Positions 17,031 to 26,472 of a stretch of 64,000 bases of DNA are shown in pieces. The notes beneath the pieces were generated by a model. The model searched no databases, had not been told where the DNA came from, and worked only from the letters and a program-made list of their open reading frames with translations. Origin of the DNA: Actinomycetes bacterium (GTDB taxonomy: Bacteria > Actinomycetota > Acidimicrobiia > Acidimicrobiales > Bog-793). The translations under genes were made by a program, and so were the position numbers. Position 1 is the stretch's first letter. Each line of letters opens with the position of its first letter. Location of the stretch: contig JAKBAA010000001.1 of the NCBI GenBank assembly GCA_021809425.1, forward strand, positions 26,693 through 90,692. Reading direction: 5' to 3'.

Positions 17031-18083
17031 ATGGGCGGCGACGGCCGCAAGCGCAAGGTCAAGAAGACCAACGACAAGACCAAGAAGTCCTCGCAGCGGG
17101 GGGGAGCGCCGGCGACGGTCGTCGTCGATCTCCACCTCGACCTGCGCGGGCTTACCGTGCTGCCCGCAGGCGCCGCCGATCCTTCCGGTCGTGGCCGCCC
17201 GCCGGTGGTCGACCCGCCCGTCGTCCCCGTGGCGCGGGCCGTACCCACCGGCGCCGCGGCCGCTGCCGAGCCGGCCGCCGCCAGCGGCCCGGCGATCGCC
17301 CTCGGCCCGGTGCCGGCCGACCAGGCGGTCGATCCCGCCGGCGGGCCGGTGGCCGGACGCGCCGACGTTGCCGGGCCGTCATGGCCGCTCGGTCCCCACT
17401 ACCTGCGCTGGGTCGAGGGCAAGGGGGCCGACGCCTGGGCGCGGTTCAAGCTGCGCTCCGCCGACTGGTACCTCGAGGCGCTCGAGTTCGCCGAGCGAGA
17501 GGTCGGCCTCGACCGGTTCGTCGGGGTGGAGATGGCGATCGACGGCGTCCTTTCCTCGCTGTGCGCTGGCGTCGACGCCGCCGCCCAGGCGCTGCTCGAG
17601 GAGGTCGAGCGCTTCGCCGGACCGTCGCCGCTGCGCACGCACCGGCCGGCCGCCGACGACTGGACGGTGCTCGTGGCGCTCGCCGAGGGAGCCGGGATCG
17701 AGCTCGCCTCGGCCCGGCCGGTGGTGCTCGCCGTGCGCGGCAGCGAGGACGAGACCGAGGGGTGGCTCACCCAGCTGCAGCGCCTCCGGACCCTCGCCGT
17801 TCGACGCAACGTGCTGGTGCGCCGGCCCAACGTGGACGGGGCGGCGCGCAGCCGCCTGCTCGAGGTCCCCGGCCTCGGCCAGCGGCCGGTGGTGCGCTAC
17901 CTGCACGCCACCCGCCGTCGAGCAGACGGGCTGGTCGAGGCGCTGCTCGCCGACGTCGACAGCCTGGCAAGGGAGCGCCAGCGGCCGGGGCCACGCGCCG
18001 GGGCCGGGCGGTTGCCCCTGCCCGACCTGGCGGCGCGGGCCGACCTGCTCGGCGCCCGCTGGCGCAGCTCCGGGACGCGCTGA
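17031..18083 (+). CDS. hypothetical protein (Lys-rich N-terminus, Pro/Ala linker, helical C-terminal domain)
   Basis: ATG 17031 lies within artefactual ORF 14907..18083. GC3 is high throughout. I recognise no family. Confidence 0.55.
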   Translation: MGGDGRKRKVKKTNDKTKKSSQRGGAPATVVVDLHLDLRGLTVLPAGAADPSGRGRPPVVDPPVVPVARAVPTGAAAAAEPAAASGPAIALGPVPADQAVDPAGGPVAGRADVAGPSWPLGPHYLRWVEGKGADAWARFKLRSADWYLEALEFAEREVGLDRFVGVEMAIDGVLSSLCAGVDAAAQALLEEVERFAGPSPLRTHRPAADDWTVLVALAEGAGIELASARPVVLAVRGSEDETEGWLTQLQRLRTLAVRRNVLVRRPNVDGAARSRLLEVPGLGQRPVVRYLHATRRRADGLVEALLADVDSLARERQRPGPRAGAGRLPLPDLAARADLLGARWRSSGTR

Positions 18084-18095
18084 GCCGGCTCCGGC

Positions 18096-18955
18096 TCAGC
18101 CGCCCGCCCGCTCCGGCCTCGGGGCCGTCGGCGAGCCGGCCGGCGCGATGGCGGGCCAGAGCGCGTGGAAGTGGTGCACGGGGCCGTGGCCGTGGCCGAC
18201 GTCGAGCTGGCTGGCGGCGGCGAGGGCGCCGGTGAGGTAGGTCTTGGCGTCCGCCACGGCCGCATGCCAGCTCGGGCGGCGCGGCCGGAGCGCGGCGATG
18301 GCCGACGAGAGGGTGCAGCCGGTGCCGTGGTCGTTGGTCGTGGCGATCCGCCCCGCCGCCAGCTCGACCGGGGCGGCGCCGGCTTCGGCGAGGACGTCGA
18401 TGCACTGGCCGCCGGCGAGGTGGCCCCCCTTCAGCAGGACCCTGCGTGCGCCGAGGGCGAGCAGCGCCGCCGCTTGGCGGTGCATGGCGGCCAGGTCGGC
18501 GGCCGGCTCGCCGCCGAGCAAGGCCGCCGCCTCGTCGAGGTTGGGCGTGACGAGGTCGGCGCGGGGCAGCACCACCGAGCGCAGCGCCTCGACCGTGTCG
18601 ACGTCGGCCAGCCGGTCACCGCTCTTTGCCACGAGCACCGGGTCGACGACCACGAACGGAAGGCGCCAGCGGGCGATCGCCTCGGCGACGGCGACGGCGA
18701 CCTCGGCGTTCGGGAGCAGACCCACCTTGACGGCGTCGACGCGTACGTCGGCGCACAGCACGTCGAGCTGGGCCGTGACGAACGAGGCGTCGACGGCCAC
18801 TGCCGAGCGCACGCCGGTGGTGGTCTGGGCGACCAGGCAGGTGACGGCGGCCATGGCGTAGGCGCCGTTCGCCGACATCGCCTTGAGGTCCGCCTGGATG
18901 CCGGCGCCCCCGCTCGGGTCGGTGCCGGCGATCGACAGGACGTTCGGGACGGCGC

Positions 18956-18959
<4 letters not shown>
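18096..18959 (-). CDS. thiD: hydroxymethylpyrimidine/phosphomethylpyrimidine kinase
   Basis: The segments VLSIAGTDPSGGAGIQADLK and NDHGTGCTLSSAIAA match ThiD. GTG 18959 overlaps the thiE stop (GTGA). Confidence 0.9.
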
Positions 18960-19630
<671 letters not shown>

Positions 19631-19635
19631 CCTTG

Positions 19636-19728
19636 CGCTCCCTTCGCCGGCATGACCCGGATCAGGTTCGACGGTCGGCGCGCCGTGGCGCCCTCTCAGC
19701 CCGGATGGGCTCCCGTGGTCGACTGGAT
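19636..19728 (-). promoter_or_regulatory. TPP (THI-box) riboswitch upstream of thiE-thiD
   Basis: The minus strand reads CACGGGAGCCCAUCCGGGCUGAGAGGGCGCC...GACCGUCGAACCUGAUCCGGGUCAUGCCGGCGAAGGGAGC. It contains the CUGAGA and ACCUGAUCCGG.UAAUGCCGGCG.AGGGA cores. The 3' arm includes the thiE SD. Confidence 0.85.
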
Positions 19729-19751
19729 GGTAGCCGCGCGAGGATGTCGCC

Positions 19752-20822
19752 GTGCTCGAGGTACCGGCAGGCTTCGCCGACGTGACCCCGGCGCTCGTCA
19801 CGGCGGCGCTGCAGCGGCGCTGCCCGGGCGCGGTCGTGTCGGGCGCCGAGGTGGGCGCGGTCACCGACGGCACCAACCGCCGGGCCAGCGTTCGGCTCAC
19901 CTACGCCCGCGGCGACGGGCCGCCGGCCGTGTTCGTCAAGCTGAGCGCACGCCGGCTCAACCGGCTGGCCCTCGTGGCCCTCGGGGCGCTCGCCGCCGAG
20001 GCGCGCCTCGCCGAGGCGGCCGTCGGCCTGCCGATCGCCCACCCCCGCCTGCACGGCGGCGGCCTCGACCGGCGGCGGCTGGCGACGGTGGTGGTGATGG
20101 ACGACGTCACGACCGACGGGGGCCGCCCGAATGCGGCGACCGCCCCGCTGTCGGTCGGCGAGGTGGGCGACGGGCTCGGCGAGCTGGCCCGCCTGCACGG
20201 TGCCTTCGCCGGGCGCCCGCTGCCGCCGGCGCTCGCGTTCCTCCGGCCGTGGCGGCTGGGCGCCGCCTGGGCGGCGCTGTCCGCCGCCAGCCTGTGGCGG
20301 GGCCTGCAGAAGATGGACCGGCTCGGGGTCCGCCTGCCGGTGCTCGGCCGGGGCGGCCCGGTCGCCCTCGAGCGCCAGTTCCGGCGCAGCGCCCACCTGG
20401 CGGCGACGGGCCTGCAGACGGTGCTCCACGGGGACCCGCACCCGGGCAACACCTACGGCTACGGCGCCGGCCGCACCGGGTTCTACGACTGGCAGCTCGT
20501 CCGCCTCGGCCACCCGCTGCACGACGTCGGCTACTTCGTCGTGTCGAGCCTCGCCGTCGAGGACCGCCGCGCCCACGAGCAGTCGTTGCTCGACCGCTAC
20601 CTCGACGAGCTTCGCCGCCGGTGGCCCGAGGCGCCGTCGGGCGCCGAGGCGACCGCCCGGTACCGGGCGGCCCCGGCGTTCGGCCTTGCGTCGTGGCTGC
20701 ACACGCTGGCGGCCGGCACGTTCCAGCCGAGCGCGTTGTGCGCCGCCACCCTCGAGCGGTTCGCCGCCGCCTTCGACGACCTCGACACGAGCCGCTCGCC
20801 GGCGCTCGCCGCGATGGCGTGA
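19752..20822 (+). CDS. phosphotransferase family protein (APH/choline-kinase fold)
   Basis: The Brenner-type motif is LHGDPHPGN, followed by FYDWQ. Confidence 0.8.
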   Translation: MLEVPAGFADVTPALVTAALQRRCPGAVVSGAEVGAVTDGTNRRASVRLTYARGDGPPAVFVKLSARRLNRLALVALGALAAEARLAEAAVGLPIAHPRLHGGGLDRRRLATVVVMDDVTTDGGRPNAATAPLSVGEVGDGLGELARLHGAFAGRPLPPALAFLRPWRLGAAWAALSAASLWRGLQKMDRLGVRLPVLGRGGPVALERQFRRSAHLAATGLQTVLHGDPHPGNTYGYGAGRTGFYDWQLVRLGHPLHDVGYFVVSSLAVEDRRAHEQSLLDRYLDELRRRWPEAPSGAEATARYRAAPAFGLASWLHTLAAGTFQPSALCAATLERFAAAFDDLDTSRSPALAAMA

Positions 20823-21733
20823 CGGCACGACCGCGCGTCGGCGCCATCGAGGCCGGCGGGACGAAGATGGTCTGCGGCGTCGGCCGCACCCTGGAAGAGC
20901 TGCTCGACCCGTCCAGCCAGGCGGTCGTCCCGACCGGGCCCGACCCCCGGGCCACCTGGGCCGAGGTGCGAGACTTCTTCGTCGGGGCCGGGCCGGTGGA
21001 CGCCCTCGGTGTGGCCTCGTTCGGCCCGCTCGACCTGGACGCCGGCACGATCGTCAGCACGCCGAAGGCCGGCTGGGACGGCTTCTCGTGGCGCGAGCGG
21101 GCGAGGGAGCTGACCGGGGGGCCCCTCGTGCTCGACAGCGACGTCGACGCCGCCGCCCTCGCCGAGTGGCACCACGGGGCCGCACGGGGCGCCGCGGTGG
21201 CGGTGTACGTCACGGTCGGCACCGGGATCGGCGGCGGCTGCGTGCTCGACGGCCGGGTGCTGCGCGGCCGGCGCCACCCCGAGATGGGCCACCTGCGGCT
21301 CCGCCGCCGCCCCGGGGACGAGGCGGCGAGCACCTGCCCGTACCACGACGACTGCTGGGAGGGCCTCGCCTCCGGCGAGGCGATGCGCCGCCGCCACGGC
21401 AGCCGGGCCGAGGAGCTGCCCGCCGACCATCCGGGCTGGGCGGTCGAGGCCGACTACCTCGGTCTCGGCGTGGCCGACCTGCTCGTGACGCTGGCCCCCG
21501 ACCGGCTCGTGCTGGGTGGCGGCGTGCTGGCCCACCCCGGGCTGCTGGAGGACGTCCGCCGTCACGCCGGCGCCCACCTCAACGGCTACGCCGGCCTCGG
21601 CCGGACGGGCGAGGGGGGGACCGGACCGCTCGACGACCTCGTCGTCGCTCCCGGGCTCGGATCGCGTGCCGGTCTCGTCGGCGCCTTCGAGCTGGCCGTC
21701 CGAGGGCTCGACGGCAGCCCCCCGACCGGCTAG
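20819..21733 (+). CDS. ROK family sugar kinase (fructokinase/glucokinase-like)
   Basis: GTG 20819 overlaps the upstream stop (GTGA). The segments GAIEAGGTKMVCG and VTVGTGIGGG match ROK proteins, and the Zn motif is HPEMGH...CPYHDDCWEG. Confidence 0.85.
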   Translation: MTARPRVGAIEAGGTKMVCGVGRTLEELLDPSSQAVVPTGPDPRATWAEVRDFFVGAGPVDALGVASFGPLDLDAGTIVSTPKAGWDGFSWRERARELTGGPLVLDSDVDAAALAEWHHGAARGAAVAVYVTVGTGIGGGCVLDGRVLRGRRHPEMGHLRLRRRPGDEAASTCPYHDDCWEGLASGEAMRRRHGSRAEELPADHPGWAVEADYLGLGVADLLVTLAPDRLVLGGGVLAHPGLLEDVRRHAGAHLNGYAGLGRTGEGGTGPLDDLVVAPGLGSRAGLVGAFELAVRGLDGSPPTG

Positions 21734-22311
21734 CCGCCCTCGCCCTCGCCCTCGCCCTCGCCCCCGCCCTCGCCCTCGCCCTCGCCCCCGCCCTCGCCCT
21801 CGCCCCCGCCCCCGCCGTCGGTGCCGTCGGTCGGCTCGACCTGGTAGAGCTCGAGGTGGAACCGGACGGCGCCGAGCGGGACGACCCGGTGCGGGACGCC
21901 GGGCGGCACGGCAGCCCGCTCGCCGGCGACCAGCTTGCGCTCGAGCGGCGGTGGCTGGCCGATGGTCGGCGCCGACAGCACGAGATCGCCTTCCTCGACG
22001 ACCACCTCGCCCCAGGTCGTCGGGCCGAGCCGGTGGTCGTCGCGCAGGCGCTCCGGCATGGAGCGCTCGTCCCAGCTCGGCGTGCGGCGCGCCGCCAGGG
22101 CGGCCTCAGGCAGCTCTCCCCGGTCGCACAGCGGGCACGACAGGGGCGTGCCGAGGTGCTCGTGCCGCCCGCCAGCCTCGCGCACCCAGGGGTGGACGAC
22201 GAAGGGCGGTCGGTGGCGGACGTGCTGGCGGTGCCCGCAGGCGAGGTGGGCCACCCAGTCGCCCTCCTCGTCCCGGTGGTAGCCGACGATGAGCCGTTGC
22301 ATCGCTGCCAC
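21730..22311 (-). CDS. DUF3565 / DUF1971 (TehB-like cupin) fusion protein with a (Gly-Glu)n tail
   Basis: The N-terminal part GYHRDEEGDWVAHLACGHRQHVRHRPPF is DUF3565-like. The central part MPERLRDDHRLGPTTWGEVVVEEG is DUF1971-like. An alternative start is ATG 22302. Confidence 0.7.
   Translation of the reverse strand: MAAMQRLIVGYHRDEEGDWVAHLACGHRQHVRHRPPFVVHPWVREAGGRHEHLGTPLSCPLCDRGELPEAALAARRTPSWDERSMPERLRDDHRLGPTTWGEVVVEEGDLVLSAPTIGQPPPLERKLVAGERAAVPPGVPHRVVPLGAVRFHLELYQVEPTDGTDGGGGGEGEGGGEGEGEGGGEGEGEGEGG
21734..21816. repeat. hexanucleotide repeat (CCCTCG/CCCCCG)n encoding the GE-rich tail
   Basis: Direct reading of the sequence. It lies inside the 3' end of the 21730..22311 CDS. Confidence 0.9.
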
Positions 22312-22341
22312 CGTAGCCAGGGCGATGGCCGACTCCCGGGC

Positions 22342-23211
22342 TCAGGGGCGGGTGAAGCTCCACGAGGGGCGGCCGTTGCCGGGCAGCAGCCGGCCGAACA
22401 CGACGTCGGGGAAGTGCGGTCCGGCGGCGATCGTCCCGGGCCGGAGCAGCTCCTGCTCGAGGTGGCGACGGGTGCGCTGGGCGAGCGCCGGGTCGACGTC
22501 GACCACGAAGGCCAGCTCGGGCTCGGTGATCTCGACCGGGCAGTGCACGGCGTCGCCGAGCACGACCGCCCGCCCGTCGCCGGAGGACAGGACGAAGCTG
22601 AGGTGGCCCGGGGTGTGACCGGGCGTGGCGAGCACGGAGATGCCAGGGAACGGCGTGTCGCCGTCGGCGACGGCGTGCCCGCGCCCCTCGACCGCCGCCA
22701 GCTGCTCCGCCGTCGGCGCCGGCCCGATGCCGGTGCGCCCGGCGCCACGCCAGTGGTCGAGCTCGGCGTCTGCCACGAGATAGGTGGCGCTCGGGAAGGT
22801 CGGGTGACCGGGGTCACCGAGCCAGCCGACGTGGTCGCGGTGGAGGTGCGAGAACAGCACCGCCTCCACCTCGGCCGGCGCCACCCCGATCGCCGCCAGG
22901 CTGTCGAGCAGCTGGCCCCCCTCGATCCGGCCGTTCGGCGCGCCGGTCGCCGGGTCGACGAGGTCGGTCGACGACGGGCCCCAGCCGAGGTCGACCAGCA
23001 CCGTATGGCCGCCGGTGCGGACGAGGAGCGCCCCCAGGCTCATCACGAGGCGCCCGTCCTCGTCCAGGTACTCCGCCGACGACGCCCACAGGGCGTGGCT
23101 GCTGCCCGGGTAGGAGGCAGCCGGGTCGTGGCGGATGGCGCCGTCGGGGAGGAAGTCGACGGCGATGTCGCCGACGTCGAGCCGGCCGGGGCCGGAGGGG
23201 CGAGCAGGCAT
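22342..23211 (-). CDS. MBL-fold metallo-hydrolase (lactonase-like)
   Basis: ATG 23211 gives MPARPSG. The HxHxDH motif is HLHRDH, and ATPGHTPGH follows. Confidence 0.85.
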   Translation of the reverse strand: MPARPSGPGRLDVGDIAVDFLPDGAIRHDPAASYPGSSHALWASSAEYLDEDGRLVMSLGALLVRTGGHTVLVDLGWGPSSTDLVDPATGAPNGRIEGGQLLDSLAAIGVAPAEVEAVLFSHLHRDHVGWLGDPGHPTFPSATYLVADAELDHWRGAGRTGIGPAPTAEQLAAVEGRGHAVADGDTPFPGISVLATPGHTPGHLSFVLSSGDGRAVVLGDAVHCPVEITEPELAFVVDVDPALAQRTRRHLEQELLRPGTIAAGPHFPDVVFGRLLPGNGRPSWSFTRP

Positions 23212-23255
23212 GCCCCATGCTCGCACGACTCCGCCGCCGCCGCCCTGGCTCGCCT

Positions 23256-23384
23256 CCCCCCCCTGGCCCCCTGGCCCCCTGGCCCCCTGGCGCTGGCTCC
23301 CTGGCGCCCTGGCGCCCTGGCTCCCTGGCTCCCTGGTGCTGGCCCCTGGCGCTGGCTCCCTGGCGCTGGCCCCCTGGCCCAGGC
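23256..23384. repeat. intergenic array of 8-nt/6-nt units (YNCCCTGG / CGCTGG), G-rich on the sense (minus) strand
   Basis: There are about 18 consecutive units ending in TGG or AGG. The 8-nt period is incompatible with coding. The array lies between the SDR stop (23385) and the MBL start (23211). Confidence 0.85.
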
Positions 23385-24422
23385 TCAGGTGTCGGCGCCG
23401 AGCCCGGTGCGCTCTGCGCAGAAGCCCCAGAGGGCGGCCGCCTCGGCGGCCGCCGTGGCCGGGGGCATCGTCGTGGCGGGGAGCCGGTGGAGGGAGCGGC
23501 GGTGCCGGTCGTGGTAGAAGCCGCGCCGTTCGGGCAGGGCGCCGCCGGCCGCCAGCCAGACCGCCGTGTCGGCGCCCTCGTCCGGCCGGCGGAGCAACGG
23601 ACCGAGGTGGGTGAAGCCGGGCAGGCCGGAGGCGAGGCCGGGCGTGTCGACCCAGCCGGGATGCTGGGCGTAGCTCGCCACGTCGCCTCCGAGGCGGTCG
23701 GCCCAGAGGTCGGCGAGCACCACCTGGGCCCGCTTGGCGAGCGCATAGGAACGCCGGCCGTCGTAGGCGGCCGGGCCGGGATCGAGTCGGGCCACGTCGA
23801 GCCGGGCGAGGTACATCCCTCCCGACGACACCGTCACGATCCGGCCACCGCCCGCCCGGAGCAGCGGGGCGAGCAGGAGGGTGAGGCGGAACGGCGCCAG
23901 CACGTGGGTGGCGACGGTCGCCTCGGTGCCGTCGGCCACCACCGTGTGACGCCGGAGGAGGTTGCCTGCCGCGTGCACGAGCACGGTGAGCCGGTCGTGC
24001 TCGTCCGCCAGCCGCCGGACGAAGGCGCCGGTGGCGACGGCGTCGGTGACGTCGACCGACGCCGTCCGTGCCGGGCGGCCGTCCCCGGCTGACCCGGCTG
24101 ACCCGGCTGACCCGGCTACCCGGGCCCGGTCCGCCGCTGCCGCCGCCTCGGCGAGGCGCCGCTCGTCGCGCCCGACGAGGCACACCTCGGCGCCGGCTGC
24201 GGCGAGGCCGACGGCGATCGCCCGTCCGATGCCCGAGGATGCACCGACGACGACGGCGTTGGCCCCGGGGATCCCCGGCGGCGGCCCCCACCGCTCGACG
24301 CCGCGCCGGAGCAGGTAGCCGAGCCGGGAGAAGCCGCCGACGACGGATGCGTCGAGCGCGGCGTCGAGGGCCCGGGCGAGACCGGGACCACCGGGGGACT
24401 GCGGACCGCCCATGTCGGGCAA
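23385..24422 (-). CDS. SDR family oxidoreductase
   Basis: The cofactor motif is VVGASSGIGRA. The segments SSGGMY and YALAKRA supply the Ser and YxxxK catalytic residues. The CDS contains a 9-nt x 3.7 repeat (24084-24122) giving AGSAGSAGSAG. Confidence 0.85.
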   Translation of the reverse strand: MPDMGGPQSPGGPGLARALDAALDASVVGGFSRLGYLLRRGVERWGPPPGIPGANAVVVGASSGIGRAIAVGLAAAGAEVCLVGRDERRLAEAAAAADRARVAGSAGSAGSAGDGRPARTASVDVTDAVATGAFVRRLADEHDRLTVLVHAAGNLLRRHTVVADGTEATVATHVLAPFRLTLLLAPLLRAGGGRIVTVSSGGMYLARLDVARLDPGPAAYDGRRSYALAKRAQVVLADLWADRLGGDVASYAQHPGWVDTPGLASGLPGFTHLGPLLRRPDEGADTAVWLAAGGALPERRGFYHDRHRRSLHRLPATTMPPATAAAEAAALWGFCAERTGLGADT

Positions 24423-24451
24423 CTCTACGCTTAGTGCTAACTTCGCACACC

Positions 24452-25732
24452 ATGCGGGTGGCGATCGTCGGGACGGGCGTCGCCGGGCTGACGGCGGCCC
24501 ACCTCCTGGCCCCGCGCCACCAGCTGACGGTGTTCGAGCAGGATCGCCGGCCCGGGGGTCACGTCCGGACGTTGCGGGTGGACCTCGCCGACGAGACCCA
24601 CGCCGTGGACACGGGGTTCATCGTCTACAACGAGCGGTGCTACCCGGGCTTCACGCGGCTGCTCCGGCGGCTCGGGGTGGCGACCAAGCCGAGCGAGATG
24701 AGCTTCTCGATGTCGGACGAGGCGAGCGGCGTCGAGTGGCGGGGCACCTCGGCCACGACCCTGTTCGCCCAACGCCGCAACCTGCTGCGGCCGCAGCTCT
24801 ACCGGATGGCGCGCGACGTCGTCCGGTTCCGAAGGGTGGCGCGCCGCCTGCTCGAGGCGGCAGGCCCGGCGGGCGGGAGGGCGGCGGGGCCGGCGGGCGG
24901 GGCGTCGACGGTGACCCTGGGGGCGCTCGTCGAGCAGGAAGGCCTGTCGCGCGAGCTGGTCGACTGGTACCTGGTACCGCTCGGCTCGGCCATCTGGTCG
25001 GCAGCGCCGGACCGGCTGCTCGAGTTCCCGGCAGCCACCGTGGCGCGGTTCTTCGACAACCACGGCCTGCTGTCGGTGGGCGACCAGCCGGAGTGGCGCA
25101 CCGTCGACGGCGGCGCGGCCCGCTACGTCGAGGCGATCCTCGCACCGCTCGGCCGGCGGGTGCGGCTCGGCACGCCGGTGCGCCTGCTGCGGCGGGCCGG
25201 CGACGGCGTCGAGGTGGTGACCGACGGCGGACGGGAGCGGTTCGACCACGTGGTGGTGGCCACCCACAGCGACGAGGCGCTCGCCCTGCTCGAGCAGCCG
25301 GTCGGGGCGGAGAAGGAGGTGCTCGGGGCGATCGCCTACCAGCCGAACCGGGCGGTGCTCCACACCGACGCCTCGGTGCTGCCGCGCACGGCACGGGCCC
25401 GGGCGAGCTGGAACTACTTCCGCCCCGCCCAGCGGTCGCGTTCGGCGACGCTGACCTACGACCTCGTCCGGCTCCAGTCGATCCGGTCGCGCCACGCCCT
25501 GTGCGTCACGCTCAACCGGCCGGAGGCCATCGCCGACGAGCACGTGCTGGCCGAGCTCGACTTCGCCCACCCGGTGCTCGACGCCGCGGCAGTCGCCGCC
25601 CAGGCTCGCCACGGGGAGATCAGCGGCCGTCAGCGGATCTCCTACGCCGGCGCCTACTGGGGCTACGGGTTCCACGAGGACGGGGTGCAGAGCGCGCTGC
25701 GCGTGTGCGCCGCCCTCGGGGTCGGGTGGTGA
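24452..25732 (+). CDS. NAD(P)/FAD-dependent oxidoreductase (amine-oxidase/desaturase fold)
   Basis: ATG 24452 gives MRVAIVGTGVAGLTAAH...FEQDRRPGGH, a dinucleotide-binding motif. The C-terminus reads YAGAYWGYGFHEDG. Confidence 0.85.
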   Translation: MRVAIVGTGVAGLTAAHLLAPRHQLTVFEQDRRPGGHVRTLRVDLADETHAVDTGFIVYNERCYPGFTRLLRRLGVATKPSEMSFSMSDEASGVEWRGTSATTLFAQRRNLLRPQLYRMARDVVRFRRVARRLLEAAGPAGGRAAGPAGGASTVTLGALVEQEGLSRELVDWYLVPLGSAIWSAAPDRLLEFPAATVARFFDNHGLLSVGDQPEWRTVDGGAARYVEAILAPLGRRVRLGTPVRLLRRAGDGVEVVTDGGRERFDHVVVATHSDEALALLEQPVGAEKEVLGAIAYQPNRAVLHTDASVLPRTARARASWNYFRPAQRSRSATLTYDLVRLQSIRSRHALCVTLNRPEAIADEHVLAELDFAHPVLDAAAVAAQARHGEISGRQRISYAGAYWGYGFHEDGVQSALRVCAALGVGW

Positions 25733-26472
25733 GCCGGCCGCTGCGCAGCGCCGTGTACGAGGGCACCCTGCGCCACTCCCGCCAGACCGAGGTCCGCCAC
25801 GGGTTCACCTACCGGGTGGCCATGCCGCTGCTCGACCTCGCCGAGGTCGGCGAGGTGATGGCCCTTCACCCGCTGTTCTCGGCCGAGCGGGCGAACGTGG
25901 CGAGCTTCAACCGGCGCGACCACTTGGGCGATGCCGCACGGCCGCTCGACGACACGGTGCGTGCCGCGGCGGCGGCGCTCGGGACGCGCCCGGCCGGACC
26001 GGTCGCCGCGCTCGGCCACCTGCGGACCTTCGGGTGGCTGTTCAACCCCATCACGTGCTACTTCTGCTACGGCAGCGACGACCGGGACGACGTGGTGGCG
26101 CTCGTGGCCGAGGTGCGAAACACGCCGTGGCACGAGCGCCACACCTACGTGGTGGGCCCGCCCGGCGAGCACCGGTTTGCGAAGGCGCTGCACGTGTCGC
26201 CGTTCTTGCCGATGGACCAGACCTACGTGCTCGACTACCGGGCGCCCGGCGAGGAGCTCGTCGTGCGCCTCGGCAACGAGGAGGGCGGGGCGCGGGTGTT
26301 CCAGGCCAGCCTCGAGCTGCGCCGCCGCCCGATGAGCCGGGCGGCGCTGCAGCGGCTGCTGACGGCGTACCCGCTCGCCAGCCTGGGGGTGTCGGCAGGC
26401 ATCTACCGGCAGGCGTTTGCCCTGTGGCGTGCCGGTGCGCCCTTCGTCCGTCACCCGCGCCGGGCCGGATGA
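25729..26472 (+). CDS. DUF1365 domain-containing protein
   Basis: GTG 25729 overlaps the upstream stop (GTGA). The segments YEGTLRHSR....HGFTYRV, FGWLFNPITCYFCY and NTPWHERH are DUF1365-like. Confidence 0.85.
   Translation: MSRPLRSAVYEGTLRHSRQTEVRHGFTYRVAMPLLDLAEVGEVMALHPLFSAERANVASFNRRDHLGDAARPLDDTVRAAAAALGTRPAGPVAALGHLRTFGWLFNPITCYFCYGSDDRDDVVALVAEVRNTPWHERHTYVVGPPGEHRFAKALHVSPFLPMDQTYVLDYRAPGEELVVRLGNEEGGARVFQASLELRRRPMSRAALQRLLTAYPLASLGVSAGIYRQAFALWRAGAPFVRHPRRAG

Noticed and set aside
23256-23384. Possible CRISPR array, considered also for the other tandem repeats (30567-30649, 33985-34074, 55977-56045).
   Set aside because: The units are 6-24 nt and directly abut one another with no unique spacers. 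No cas genes are present, and most arrays lie inside conserved CDSs.
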